From the NCBI GenBank assembly GCA_021806645.1, contig JAJZQX010000012.1, positions 73,764 through 137,763 of the forward strand: a DNA stretch of 64,000 bases. The letters are read 5' to 3'. Below the pieces are notes generated by a model, which was not told the DNA's origin, did not search any database, and worked only from the letters and a program-made list of their open reading frames with translations. Of the stretch, positions 51,992 to 62,467 are shown piece after piece. The position numbers and the translations under genes were made by a program. Within the stretch, counting starts at the first letter, position 1, and each line of letters begins with the position of its first letter. The stretch is from Myxococcales bacterium. GTDB taxonomy: Bacteria > Myxococcota > Myxococcia > Myxococcales > Anaeromyxobacteraceae.

Positions 51992-53698
51992 CTAGCGCGT
52001 CGGCGGCGCGCCGTCGCCGGATCCGGGACCAGCACCTCCCGAGCCCGAACCGCCGGAGCCGCCACCGGTCCCGGAGCCCGCGCCACCCCCAGCGGCGCCG
52101 GCCGCCGGGCCGGTGCCGGGCTTGCGGGAGCGCGAGATGACGTTCTTGAGCCCCGGGTTCTTGCCGGTCTTGTCGCCGTGGCAGCCGTCACACGACTCCA
52201 TGGTGGTGTTCCCCATGTAGAAGAAGTTGGGGAAGTCGGAGCCGTGCGGGTTGTGGCAGCTGGCGCAGGAGAACGGCCGGTCCGGCTTGCGCGGGTCGTT
52301 CAGGCCTGGGCCGCCGACGGTGTGGCCGCGCGCGACGATGGTGGTGACGTGCCTTCCGTCCTTCTGCTCGGCGTGGCAGCCGGTGCAGAGGTCGTTGGTC
52401 TTCTTGGCCAGCAGGAAGCGGTTGGCGGAGCCGTGCGGGTCGTGGCAGCCGGTGCAGCCGTACCGCTCCAGCGCCGCGTGCTTCACCTTGCCCGAGTCAA
52501 CGGGCGTCTGGTGGCAGGCGTAGCAGGCCTTCTTGCCCTCGCCGCCCTTCAGCAGGTTCCGGTTGGCCCCGCCGTGAGGGAGGTGGCACTGGTCGCACCC
52601 CTTCTCCAGCGGCTTGTGGATCACCTTGCGGCCGGTCAGGTCGTCCTGGTGGCAGGTGAAGCAGGTGCCGGCCGAGGTCGCCGCGGAGATCAGCTTGGGC
52701 CGGTCGGAGCTGTGCGGGTCGTGGCAGACGGCGCAGTCCCCCGCGATGACCGCGGTGTGCGGGAACTTCGCCTTGTCCTGCCGCTCGTGGCAGCCGTAGC
52801 AGAGGTCGCGCGCGCTCTTCTTGAGCAGCTTGAGGTTGTCGCCGGAGTGGCCGACCACGTGGCAGACGCCACAGTCGTTCTTCTGCGTGATGACCTTGTG
52901 GACCACCGGCCTGGAGAGGTCCAGCCGGTATCCGGCCGAGGGGGTGCCCGTGCCAGAAGGGGCCTTGGTGTCGTGGCACTTCAGGCAGAAGGCGGCGCCG
53001 GCGGCGCGGGTCGAGAACGGGTTCTCGCTGCCGTGCGGGCTGTGGCAGCCGAGGCAGCGCCCCTCGGCGACCGGCGCGTGGTGGACCGGCTTTGGCAGCA
53101 GCGGCTCGATCTCGTGGCACTCCAGGCAGAGTTCCTGGCTGGGCAGCCGGACCAGCTTCGGGTAGGCCGACGAGTGGGCCTCGTGGCAGGAGAGGCAGGA
53201 CCCCTGGCGGACCGCGGTGTGGACCGACTTCGACTGGTCCAGCCGCTTGTGGCAGTTGTAGCAGAGGTCCGGCTCGGTCTTGACCAGCGACCACGCGGTC
53301 GAGGTCTTCGACAGGCACTTGCCGCGCTCGGCCGGCGAGGGGCGGTGACAGGCGGTGCAGTCGTTCTTCACCAGCGCCGGGTGCAGGTAGCGCTTGGCCG
53401 CGACGGCGGCGTGGCAGCTGGAGCAGCGCTCGGCGGTCGGGGCGGGGGCGATGGCGCCGGCCGGCTTGGCCACCGTGCCGTCGCGGAGGACCGGCGGTGG
53501 AGGCAGGGGCACGCTGGTGTCGCGGACTCCCGGCGGGGGTGGCGTGGTGGCCGGAGCGGATCTGGCGGCGACCGGGGTCTTCGACTCCCTGCTCGGCGCT
53601 TGGGCCATGGCCGCGGGTACGATCGCGAACGAGGCGGCGAGGAGGACCGCCCTGCGAGCGGAAACGGCGAGCGAAACGGGGCTCTTGACGAAGCTCAT
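51992..53698 (-). CDS. 17-haem c-type cytochrome built from c7/c3-like repeats, with a Gly/Ser-rich C-terminal tail
   Basis: Signal MSFVKSPVSLAVSARRAVLLAASFAIVPAAMA. I counted 17 CXXCH motifs (CSSCH ... CDGCH) spaced every ~25-35 aa. The tail is GAAGGGAGSGTGGGSGGSGSGGAGPGSGDG. Confidence 0.85.
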   Translation of the reverse strand: MSFVKSPVSLAVSARRAVLLAASFAIVPAAMAQAPSRESKTPVAARSAPATTPPPPGVRDTSVPLPPPPVLRDGTVAKPAGAIAPAPTAERCSSCHAAVAAKRYLHPALVKNDCTACHRPSPAERGKCLSKTSTAWSLVKTEPDLCYNCHKRLDQSKSVHTAVRQGSCLSCHEAHSSAYPKLVRLPSQELCLECHEIEPLLPKPVHHAPVAEGRCLGCHSPHGSENPFSTRAAGAAFCLKCHDTKAPSGTGTPSAGYRLDLSRPVVHKVITQKNDCGVCHVVGHSGDNLKLLKKSARDLCYGCHERQDKAKFPHTAVIAGDCAVCHDPHSSDRPKLISAATSAGTCFTCHQDDLTGRKVIHKPLEKGCDQCHLPHGGANRNLLKGGEGKKACYACHQTPVDSGKVKHAALERYGCTGCHDPHGSANRFLLAKKTNDLCTGCHAEQKDGRHVTTIVARGHTVGGPGLNDPRKPDRPFSCASCHNPHGSDFPNFFYMGNTTMESCDGCHGDKTGKNPGLKNVISRSRKPGTGPAAGAAGGGAGSGTGGGSGGSGSGGAGPGSGDGAPPTR

Positions 53699-53713
53699 GT
53701 GCAGCGCGCCATG

Positions 53714-53729
53714 TGCAAGCCGGGTGCCG
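53714..53729 (-). promoter_or_regulatory. Sigma54-type promoter candidate for the 17-haem operon. It implies a very short leader.
   Basis: The minus strand reads CGGCAC-CCGGC-TTGCA with correct GG/GC spacing. The predicted transcription start is only ~5 nt upstream of the ATG at 53698, which lowers confidence. Confidence 0.4.
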
Positions 53730-53870
53730 CTAAGCCCCTGTAGGGACTGCGCGGCTTCGGGCGGCCGCGGAGCGCCAGTCCACGAGGGGATGAGCGGTCT
53801 TGGGCCGGAAGGTCGCGCACCGTCACCCCTCGTCCCTCACGCAGCGGTTTCGCCGGGCGGAGTCGCCGGG

Positions 53871-53901
53871 GTGAAATCACGCAAGCGTTGCGTGTTTTCA
53901 C
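53871..53901. promoter_or_regulatory. 31-bp near-perfect palindrome. Candidate enhancer (UAS) for the adjacent NtrC-family activator.
   Basis: GTGAAATCACGCAAG-C-GTTGCGTGTTTTCAC, with 13 of 15 arm positions complementary. It sits ~158 bp upstream of the -24 element at 53728, in the divergent intergenic region. Confidence 0.5.
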
Positions 53902-53999
53902 CCGCTTGTCCTGGGGAATCTGGCGCCCGCGACGGCGGGCTTCCAACAGGCCGGTGTCTCTGAGAAGATGGCGGTGTTCCTTAGCAGACCAGCCCCGGG

Positions 54000-55501
54000 A
54001 TGCCCACCCTGAGATCGCTCTTCGGCCGGCTCGACGCCAGCCTTCGCGCTCGCATTCTGATTCCAACCGCCGTCCTCTTCGGCCTGACGCTTACGGCCAT
54101 GGTGATCGGCGCCGTCCAGTCGTACGGCACCGGCATCGAGCGAGGACGGCAGGAGCGGGCCGAGATCTTCGCCCACATGGTGGCGTCCGGCGTCTCCAAC
54201 GTGATGCTCTCGGGCCAGCCGCAGGCGGTGCCGCGGCTGCTCGAGTCGCTGGTCTCCCACCGCGGCGACCTGGTGACTGCCTCGCTGATCGCGCCGAGCG
54301 GCCTGGTCTCCATCTCCTCGGATGCCAGCTACATCGGGGCCCGCCCGTGGGGCCGGCCCGATCGGTTCGCCGACACCACCGTGGTGACCGAGCCGGGCGG
54401 CCTCGAGAACCAGTACGCGGTGATCCAGCCGGTCGTCAACGCCGTCTCCTGCAACCGCTGCCACGAGGGGACGGCACCGGTGCGCGGCTGGCTGGAGCTC
54501 CGCTTCTCGCGTGACCCGGTGGCGGAGGCGAAGCGGGAGCTGGCCGGGACGCTGGCGCTCGCCGCTGGCGCCGCGCTGGTGGCCCTGCTCGCCATCGCGC
54601 TCTGGCTGCTGGGGCGGGAGGCGGTCGGGCCGCTGCAGCGGCTGGTGGCGGTCATGCGGCGCGCCGAGGCCGGTGAGCTGACGGTCGTGGCCGACGAGGG
54701 GAGGACCGACGAGCTGGGCGTGGCGGCTCGCGGCTTCGACGCCACGCTGGCCGCGCTGCGGCGCAGCCAGGCCGAGCTGGAGGCCTTCTACCAGGAGCGG
54801 ATGGTCCGGGCCGATCGCTTCGCGGCCGTCGGCGAGGTGGCCACCGGCCTGGCGCACGAGATCAAGAACCCGCTGGCGGGCCTCTCCGGCGCGCTGGAGC
54901 TGCTGGCCGAGGACCTGGCCACGCACCCGCGTCACGCCGAGGTGGTGGGCGAGATGCGCCACCAGGTGCACCGGCTAACCCACACCATGGAGAGCCTGCT
55001 CTCCTTCGCCCGCCCACCCAAGGCGACGCTCCGCTCCACCGAGGTGAACGCCACGCTGGAGAAGGTGCTCTTCCTCATCCGCCAGCAGTGCCGCGGCACG
55101 CCGGTGGAGGTGGAGGCCAGGCTGGCCGGCGCGCTGCCGCTGGTGCTGGCCGACCCCTCGCAGCTGGAGCAGGTCTTCCTCAACCTCTGCCTCAACGCGG
55201 TGCAGGCCATGAGCGGCCGCGCCGGCTCGCTCCGCGTCGGCTCCAGGCTCGGCGAGGCCGGGCTGGTGGTGGTGGAGGTCGCCGACGACGGGCCGGGCAT
55301 CCCGGCCGATCTGCGCGAGCAGCTCTTCAAGCCGTTCTTCACCACCAAGCGGGAGGGGAACGGCCTCGGCCTGGCCATCTCGGCGCGGATCATTGCGGAA
55401 CATGGCGGCCACATCGGGTATAGGTGCCCGCCGGAAGGCGGTACCATCTTCACCGTGACCCTCCAGGAATCCCAGGCGCCCCGGGGCGCCGACCAGGTCG
55501 C

Positions 55502-55505
<4 letters not shown>
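54000..55505 (+). CDS. NtrB-type sensor histidine kinase (HAMP, HisKA, HATPase_c) with a periplasmic CXXCH motif
   Basis: Two TM segments flank a ~130-aa periplasmic domain containing SCNRCHEG (nt 54450-54464). H-box GLAHEIKNPLAG. N/G boxes (NLCLNAVQAM, DDGPGI, GNGLGLAI). Confidence 0.85.
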
Positions 55506-56881
<1,376 letters not shown>

Positions 56882-56941
56882 AGCACACCCCACGACCCCC
56901 AGCCTGCTGCTGCTAGACTCACGGGGCAGCCGGGAGGTGCA

Positions 56942-57625
56942 GTGTCCGAGGAACGGGAGCCGCCAGCCAAGTCGCCCGAGGTGACCCCGTCACGCCCCCT
57001 CCAGCCGGCGGGCCTCGACCGGGGCCTCCACCTCGGGTTCGTGGCCCATGAGTTCCGCAACCCCTTGTCCACGGCCCTCTGGAGCGCCGAGCTGCTGGCC
57101 CGTCTCCGGCCAGAAGAACGGGCTGGCGAGCGAGGGGGCAAGCTGGCCAAGCTCATGGCCCGGGCGCTGGGTCGGGTCCAGCTGCTGATGGAGGACCACC
57201 TGCTCTGCGAGCGGCTCGACGCCGGCGGTTACCTGCTCCGGCTCGGGCCGATCGACGTCGCGGCGCTGCTCCGGGCGGTGCTGGAGCGGCTCGCGCTTGA
57301 GCCCGTCCCTGAACTCCGACTGGCGCCGGGGCTGGCGGCGCGCGGTGACCGGGCGCTCCTCGAGCGGGCGGTCGAGGGGGTGTTGGCCGTGGCCGGGCGT
57401 GGTGGCGGCCCGGTCCATGTCGCCGGCGAGGCCTCCGCGGGACTGGTCCGGCTGACGGTCCGGGGCGCGCCGGTCGAGCGGCTGTCCGATCCAGTCAAGG
57501 GTTCACTCTCCGATCCGACCGGCCGGGCGCTGGCGTTGCCGATGGCGCGAAGGGTCGCCGAGGTGCATGGCGGGGCCCTGACCGCGGACGAGGATGGGTA
57601 CCTCCTAGTCTTTCCGGCCACTTGA
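56942..57625 (+). CDS. Soluble histidine-kinase-like protein (HisKA plus a degenerate HATPase domain), with no sensor domain
   Basis: H-box FVAHEFRNPLSTAL. The C-terminal ATPase-like region lacks clear N/G boxes. GTG start. Confidence 0.55.
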   Translation: MSEEREPPAKSPEVTPSRPLQPAGLDRGLHLGFVAHEFRNPLSTALWSAELLARLRPEERAGERGGKLAKLMARALGRVQLLMEDHLLCERLDAGGYLLRLGPIDVAALLRAVLERLALEPVPELRLAPGLAARGDRALLERAVEGVLAVAGRGGGPVHVAGEASAGLVRLTVRGAPVERLSDPVKGSLSDPTGRALALPMARRVAEVHGGALTADEDGYLLVFPAT

Positions 57626-57721
57626 CAGGTACTTGCGGCACCTGTAGAACCCGCGCCCTCACAACGGCACGTCCTCCGTGGTCGATGGTGACGCACGGCG
57701 GACCAATGCGAGGTCACACAC

Positions 57722-58432
57722 ATGGCTACGGGTCTGTTGGCGAAGAAGGTGGGGATGACGCAGATCTTCACCCCCGAGGGTGACTGCAAGGCGGTCACGG
57801 TCCTCGAGGTCGGTCCCTGCACCGTCATCCGGCGCAAGACGAAGGAGAAGGACGGCTACGACGCCGTCGTCCTCGGCTTCGGGGCCATCGACGAGAAGCA
57901 CGCGCACCGGATCTCCAAGGGCGAGATCGGCGTCTTCAAGAAGGCCGGCACCGGCCTGTTCCGGCACCTCCAGGAGGTCCGGGTCAAGGACGCCAAGCTG
58001 CTCGGCGACCTCAAGCCTGGCGACGTCCTCACCGTGGACAAGGTCTTCAAGCTGGACCAGCGGGTGGACGTCACCGGCGTCACCAAGGGCCGCGGCTTCG
58101 CCGGCGTCTTCAAGCGCTGGGGGATGAGGGGCGCCGCGCGTGACAGCTCCACCGCGCACGAGCACCACCGCCACCCGGGCGCGATCGGCCAGCGCAAGAC
58201 GCCCGGCAAGGTCTGGAAGGGCAAGCACCTCCCCGGCCACTACGGCGTGGACATCCAGACCGTCCAGAACCTCTTCGTCGAGGGGATCGAGGCCGAGAAG
58301 AACATCATGCTGGTGACCGGCGCCGTGCCGGGCCACGCCGACGGCCTGCTCTTCGTGGGCACCGCGGCGAAGGGGCAGCCCCGCGCCAAGCAGAAGCAGC
58401 TGGTCCGCGAGCGCTCGAAGCCGAAGGTCTAG
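57722..58432 (+). CDS. rplC: Ribosomal protein uL3, as a stand-alone paralog outside an S10 operon
   Basis: MATGLLAKKVGMTQIFTPEG...VTVLEVGPC...GYDAVVLGFG...VDVTGVTKGRGFAGVFKRWG...HPGAIGQRKTPGKVWKGKHLPGHYG...TVQNL. No rpsJ or rplD flanks it. Confidence 0.85.
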   Translation: MATGLLAKKVGMTQIFTPEGDCKAVTVLEVGPCTVIRRKTKEKDGYDAVVLGFGAIDEKHAHRISKGEIGVFKKAGTGLFRHLQEVRVKDAKLLGDLKPGDVLTVDKVFKLDQRVDVTGVTKGRGFAGVFKRWGMRGAARDSSTAHEHHRHPGAIGQRKTPGKVWKGKHLPGHYGVDIQTVQNLFVEGIEAEKNIMLVTGAVPGHADGLLFVGTAAKGQPRAKQKQLVRERSKPKV

Positions 58433-58461
58433 GCTTCAGCCACCACGCCCGCTTCACCGCG

Positions 58462-58492
58462 ACGCGCCGGTCCGAGAGGGCTGGCGCGTTTC
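58462..58492 (+). terminator. Intrinsic terminator candidate after the L3 paralog
   Basis: ACGCGCC (58462-58468) pairs with GGCGCGT (58483-58489), followed by TTTC. Confidence 0.5.
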
Positions 58493-58565
58493 AGTTGGTG
58501 GGGTCCTCGGCCCTTCTCGGCGTGGCGGCGTGGCTGGGGTCGATCCCGCGTGCTAGAATTTCCAA

Positions 58566-58982
58566 ATGGCACCCGTGAAGGTCCACAGGTTCCCCCTCCA
58601 CATCGTCATCGACCGCTGCCGAGAGATCCCCGGCCGGTGGAACGCCCACTGCCTCGAGCTGGATGTGATGAGCTGGCACGACACCGTCCAGGGCGCGTTC
58701 GACATGATTCGCGAGGCGGTCGAGGTGACCCTCGTTCACGAGGTGTCGCAGGGAAGAGACCCGTCGTGGCGGAGCGCTCCCCAGGAGGACTGGGACGCGA
58801 TGTGGGCTCGGATGCGGTCGGCCAGGATGAATCCCGCTCCTCTGGCCGCGGGGGTCGAGCCGGAGTTCGTCATCATCGAGACGATGCTTCAGCTCGCGCA
58901 CGTCGTTGGCGACGCGCCGGCCCAGGTGCCGGAGTTCACGCCCGAGGTCACCTTCCTGCCGGCGCTGGCCCTCTCCGCGTAG
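58566..58982 (+). CDS. hicB: HicB-like antitoxin (UPF0150 fold)
   Basis: The pattern IDRCREIPGRWNAHCLELDVMSWHDTVQGAFDMIREAVEV is typical of HicB N-domains. It lies immediately upstream of a HicA-like gene. Confidence 0.55.
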   Translation: MAPVKVHRFPLHIVIDRCREIPGRWNAHCLELDVMSWHDTVQGAFDMIREAVEVTLVHEVSQGRDPSWRSAPQEDWDAMWARMRSARMNPAPLAAGVEPEFVIIETMLQLAHVVGDAPAQVPEFTPEVTFLPALALSA

Positions 58983-58991
58983 ACCCTGTGG

Positions 58992-59213
58992 ATGGCGCCT
59001 CGCCTTCGAGACCTCATCCGGGAACTGGGACCGTTGGGGATCCGACACGAGCCGCCCAACAGCGGATCGCACTGGAAGTTCTTCAACCCCGCCGGGGAGG
59101 TCTACCCTATCAGCGCCCACAACGGGTTGAAGGAAGAGATCCCCTACCTCTACGTCCGGCGTCTCTGCCGCGCCTTCGGCCTAGACTACGACGAGCTGAA
59201 GAGGCGCCTGTAG
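58992..59213 (+). CDS. hicA: HicA-like mRNA interferase toxin
   Basis: A 73-aa protein: RLRDLIRELGPLGIRHEPPNSGSHWKFFNPAGEVYPISAHNG..EIPYLYVRRLCRAFG. This matches HicA with a GSH motif. Confidence 0.65.
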   Translation: MAPRLRDLIRELGPLGIRHEPPNSGSHWKFFNPAGEVYPISAHNGLKEEIPYLYVRRLCRAFGLDYDELKRRL

Positions 59214-59391
59214 ACGCGCACGAGCATCGCGTCACCGAGACGCGCCGGTCCGAAGTGCCGCGGGCTGGTTGATAGACCAAAATGCTCGCGGCGAGGAGAC
59301 CCGTCTCGCCAAAAGCAGCCAGCCGGCTCGCCCGGCGGTCGAGGTGGCGCGTCAGGGGTGGTGCCTGGTGCTTGGTGCCTAGTCCGGCAGG

Positions 59392-60549
59392 TCAGCCTTT
59401 CTTCGCGGCCCTGGAGCGGGACAGGCCCTGGTCAAGCAGGGGACGAATGACCTCGACGAAACTCTCGATCATGCGTTCCATGCCCCAGTGTTCGAGGGCA
59501 TAGGCCCGGGCCGCCGAGCCCATTGTTGTTTGGGCCTCCAGGGCGGCCGCCAGCCCAGCGGCCATTCCCTCCTGCGAGCGCGGCGCGCCCTGGCAGACTC
59601 GCCTGGCGAGCAGGTCCTCGGCATAGACCTCGTCGTCGGAGATGACGGCGGGAAGGCCGCACGCCATCGCCTCCTGCACGAAGAGCGGAAGTCCCTCGCC
59701 CCGCGAGGGCAGGAGCACGGCGTCGGATGCCCGGTAGAGTTGCTGCATGCCATTGATGTCGACGTAGCCGATTTTGCGCACGTTGGAAGGCGCCGATTCG
59801 AGGAGCGGGCTAAGCGGGCCGTCGCCGGCGAGCAGGAAGGTGACGTCGGGGATCAGGCCGGCGGCAGCCAGGACCAGCGGGACGCCCTTCTTCTCGACCA
59901 GGCGTCCAGCGAAGAGTGCCACCCGGGCGCGAGGCGAGATCCCCAGCGCCGCCCGGGCTTCCCCTCGCTCCGAAGGCGTCGCGGGTCGAAAGGTCTCGGT
60001 GTCGATCCCGATCGGGAAGGTCGAGGCGTTCCGAAGGCGATCGCCGAGCAAGCGGCGGACGAACCGGTCGGCGGTCGGGGTGGCCAGCACGACATGGGAT
60101 GCCGAGAGCAACACCCAGCGCCCGAGGGTGGCGTACGCCGCCTGCTCGATCCACTCAAGGATCCGTAGCCGATATGGGATGAAGCCCACGTTCTGGCAGA
60201 GCACCACGGGCTTCCTGGCGCGCCGGCCTGCCCAGACCGCCATGGCACAGGGGAGGTAGAGCGCCTCGACCACGTGAACCACATCGGCCCAGTCGGCCGC
60301 CTCCCGCAGGTCGCGAAGCGCGCCCGGTCCCCAGATCGGGACGGGGACGCCGAGCCAGTCCTCGACCAAGTTGAAGGTGGGTACTCGGACGAAGGGCCCT
60401 TCGCGCCGCGGCAGTGTCCTCGGGACACGGCTCGTGACCCAGCGCACCTCATGGCCGGCTCGCTGGTAACCCTTGAAGAGGTTGCCTGCGACATGCTCGA
60501 TGCCGCCGGGATGGGGCGGCATGTAGGTGCTGACCAAGGCAATCCTCAT
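59392..60549 (-). CDS. GT4-family glycosyltransferase
   Basis: ATG at 60549 (MRIALVSTYMPPHPGGIEHV...). PSRGEGLPLFVQEAMACGLPAVIS. ATGA overlap with the upstream methyltransferase gene. Confidence 0.85.
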   Translation of the reverse strand: MRIALVSTYMPPHPGGIEHVAGNLFKGYQRAGHEVRWVTSRVPRTLPRREGPFVRVPTFNLVEDWLGVPVPIWGPGALRDLREAADWADVVHVVEALYLPCAMAVWAGRRARKPVVLCQNVGFIPYRLRILEWIEQAAYATLGRWVLLSASHVVLATPTADRFVRRLLGDRLRNASTFPIGIDTETFRPATPSERGEARAALGISPRARVALFAGRLVEKKGVPLVLAAAGLIPDVTFLLAGDGPLSPLLESAPSNVRKIGYVDINGMQQLYRASDAVLLPSRGEGLPLFVQEAMACGLPAVISDDEVYAEDLLARRVCQGAPRSQEGMAAGLAAALEAQTTMGSAARAYALEHWGMERMIESFVEVIRPLLDQGLSRSRAAKKG

Positions 60550-61529
60550 CGGCGGCTGGCCTCGCGTCGATCGGCCGCCGCAGGGGGCGTGGCCGTGGGC
60601 GGGCGGCGCAGCACCACCGTGAGTTGGTCCCCAAGCCCGGTCGCGCGCAATAGCACGTTGATCACGGACTGCACCAGCCCGAAAGCGCCAGCGGCGGTGA
60701 TCCGCCTGTAGGTTTCCAGGTAGTCGGCACGAACCTGGGCGGCGCCTCGCGAAGGAGGTCCGGCCGAGGGCGCTCGGGGGCCGAGACGCTTCCCCACGTC
60801 GAGCCACTCGCGCAGCCGCACATCGGTCGTCTCGGCCCGCACGGTGTCGAGGCCGGCGCGATCGGTTGCCGCCCGGAGGCCTCGCCTGCTCGGCAGGAAC
60901 AGGTGCTCGGGAGGCATGACGATCAATGACCGGGAACCGAAGACCCTGAGCGTGATCCCGTGCCGATGCGGAACGCCGAGCAGCAGGACACCTCCGGGCC
61001 TGACCAGCCGCGCCAGGCGTCGCAGTGCCGCTGCCGGTTCCGGCAGGTGCTCCAGGACATCCCAGAGGCTCACCACGGCGTAGCGATCGTCCACAAGGGA
61101 CGCACTCTCCAGCGTCGCTTCCTGTACCGCGGCGCCCGAGACCCTTCGAGCAGTTGCGGCCACGTCGGGCGCCACTTCCAACCCCTCCAACTCGGCCCAG
61201 CCGAGAGTTCGGGCGTAGGCCAGGAACTGGCCAGCGCCACAGCCGACGTCGAGCAATGGCCCAGTTCCTGCCAGCTTTGCGGCTGTCGCCAGTGCACGGC
61301 ACCAGCTGGCGTGAGCGTGCTGGTTGCCGCCTTCCCAGCAGAGGCGGGAGTTCTGGTCGGCGCTCGACCGCCGGTAGAAGTCAGCCAACGCCTCGGGCGA
61401 TGGCACTGGTTCCAGGTACAAGGAGGCGCAACGGTCACACTGGTGGTGGAGGTACCCGTTCTTTTCGAAGGCGCCGTGGCCAGTGCCCCCACAGAGCGGG
61501 CAGAGAGACGAGGCGGCGTTGGTCTTCAC
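60546..61529 (-). CDS. Class I SAM-dependent methyltransferase with an N-terminal Cys4 zinc ribbon
   Basis: GTG at 61529 (MKTNAASSLCPLCGG...HHQCDRCASLY). LLDVGCGAGQF SAM motif. GTGA overlap with the upstream gene. Confidence 0.8.
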   Translation of the reverse strand: MKTNAASSLCPLCGGTGHGAFEKNGYLHHQCDRCASLYLEPVPSPEALADFYRRSSADQNSRLCWEGGNQHAHASWCRALATAAKLAGTGPLLDVGCGAGQFLAYARTLGWAELEGLEVAPDVAATARRVSGAAVQEATLESASLVDDRYAVVSLWDVLEHLPEPAAALRRLARLVRPGGVLLLGVPHRHGITLRVFGSRSLIVMPPEHLFLPSRRGLRAATDRAGLDTVRAETTDVRLREWLDVGKRLGPRAPSAGPPSRGAAQVRADYLETYRRITAAGAFGLVQSVINVLLRATGLGDQLTVVLRRPPTATPPAAADRREASRR

Positions 61530-62371
61530 GAGGCGAGCCTCACAACGGACCCAATCGGCTTGCGGGCCACCAGCATGTGATTCACCGCAAAGGCGCCGGG
61601 CTGGGGCAAGGCATCCAGCGCCGCGAAGGCGAGGTTGAAGAGAGCCATCGGGGCGCGGAGCGGCCAGAGCAGGCGGCGCCATCCTGGGACCGCTTCATTC
61701 GCCTGCGGCGCCGACGTCGTCGGTGCCCCCTGCTCTCCCAGCCAGCGGGCGTAGCTGCCGAGTTGCATGATGATGGAGATCCCGGCCACGGCCCAGAACC
61801 CGCCCTGGGGACGAACCTCGATCGGGTCCAGCCCAGCTCCGGTGGCCAGCCGCTCGAGGCCAAAGCGCGTGAAGCGGAAGAAGTCGAACGGCTCCTCGTG
61901 GAGGCACCAGGTCTGGGGCGCGGTGAGCACCAGCACCCCACCTGGCCGAAGCACACGAGCCATCTCCCCCGTGGCCACAGCCGGATCCTGGAGGTGCTCG
62001 AGCACCTGAGTACACAGGACGAGGTCGTAGCTTCCCTCGGCGAACGGGAGTCTTTCCGCTAGCGCCCAAGTGTCGGGGTGCGAAGCGCGGCTGGCAGGAA
62101 CGTCTACGCCTACGTAGCGAACGCCGGGCGGCAACCGGTTCTCGTACGGGCGCCCGCCGCAGCCGACATCGAGGACCCGCCCTACGGCGAAACTGGCCAG
62201 CGCGCGGGAGAGATCGCGGACGAGGTGACGCTGCAGGAGCCAATCCGGCTCGAACGGCGAGGTGACACCTTTGGTGCGTCGAGCTAGGTGGTGCCGGTAT
62301 TGGTCGGGCCGGACCGGTCCGGAACTGGTCGCGACCGCGACCTGCGCCGGTGGAAGGGCGGGGGGCTTCAT
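61526..62371 (-). CDS. Class I SAM-dependent methyltransferase (Methyltransf_11-like)
   Basis: VLDVGCGGRPY...YDLVLCTQVLEHLQDP...LRPGGVLVLTAP. Confidence 0.8.
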   Translation of the reverse strand: MKPPALPPAQVAVATSSGPVRPDQYRHHLARRTKGVTSPFEPDWLLQRHLVRDLSRALASFAVGRVLDVGCGGRPYENRLPPGVRYVGVDVPASRASHPDTWALAERLPFAEGSYDLVLCTQVLEHLQDPAVATGEMARVLRPGGVLVLTAPQTWCLHEEPFDFFRFTRFGLERLATGAGLDPIEVRPQGGFWAVAGISIIMQLGSYARWLGEQGAPTTSAPQANEAVPGWRRLLWPLRAPMALFNLAFAALDALPQPGAFAVNHMLVARKPIGSVVRLAS

Positions 62372-62467
62372 CGCCGCTCATGCTAGCCGACGTACGTCGC
62401 CCAGTCATCTTGCGGAAATACTCGCCATGCTCCTCCCATCACAGCCTGTGTGCTAAACGGGAGCGTA

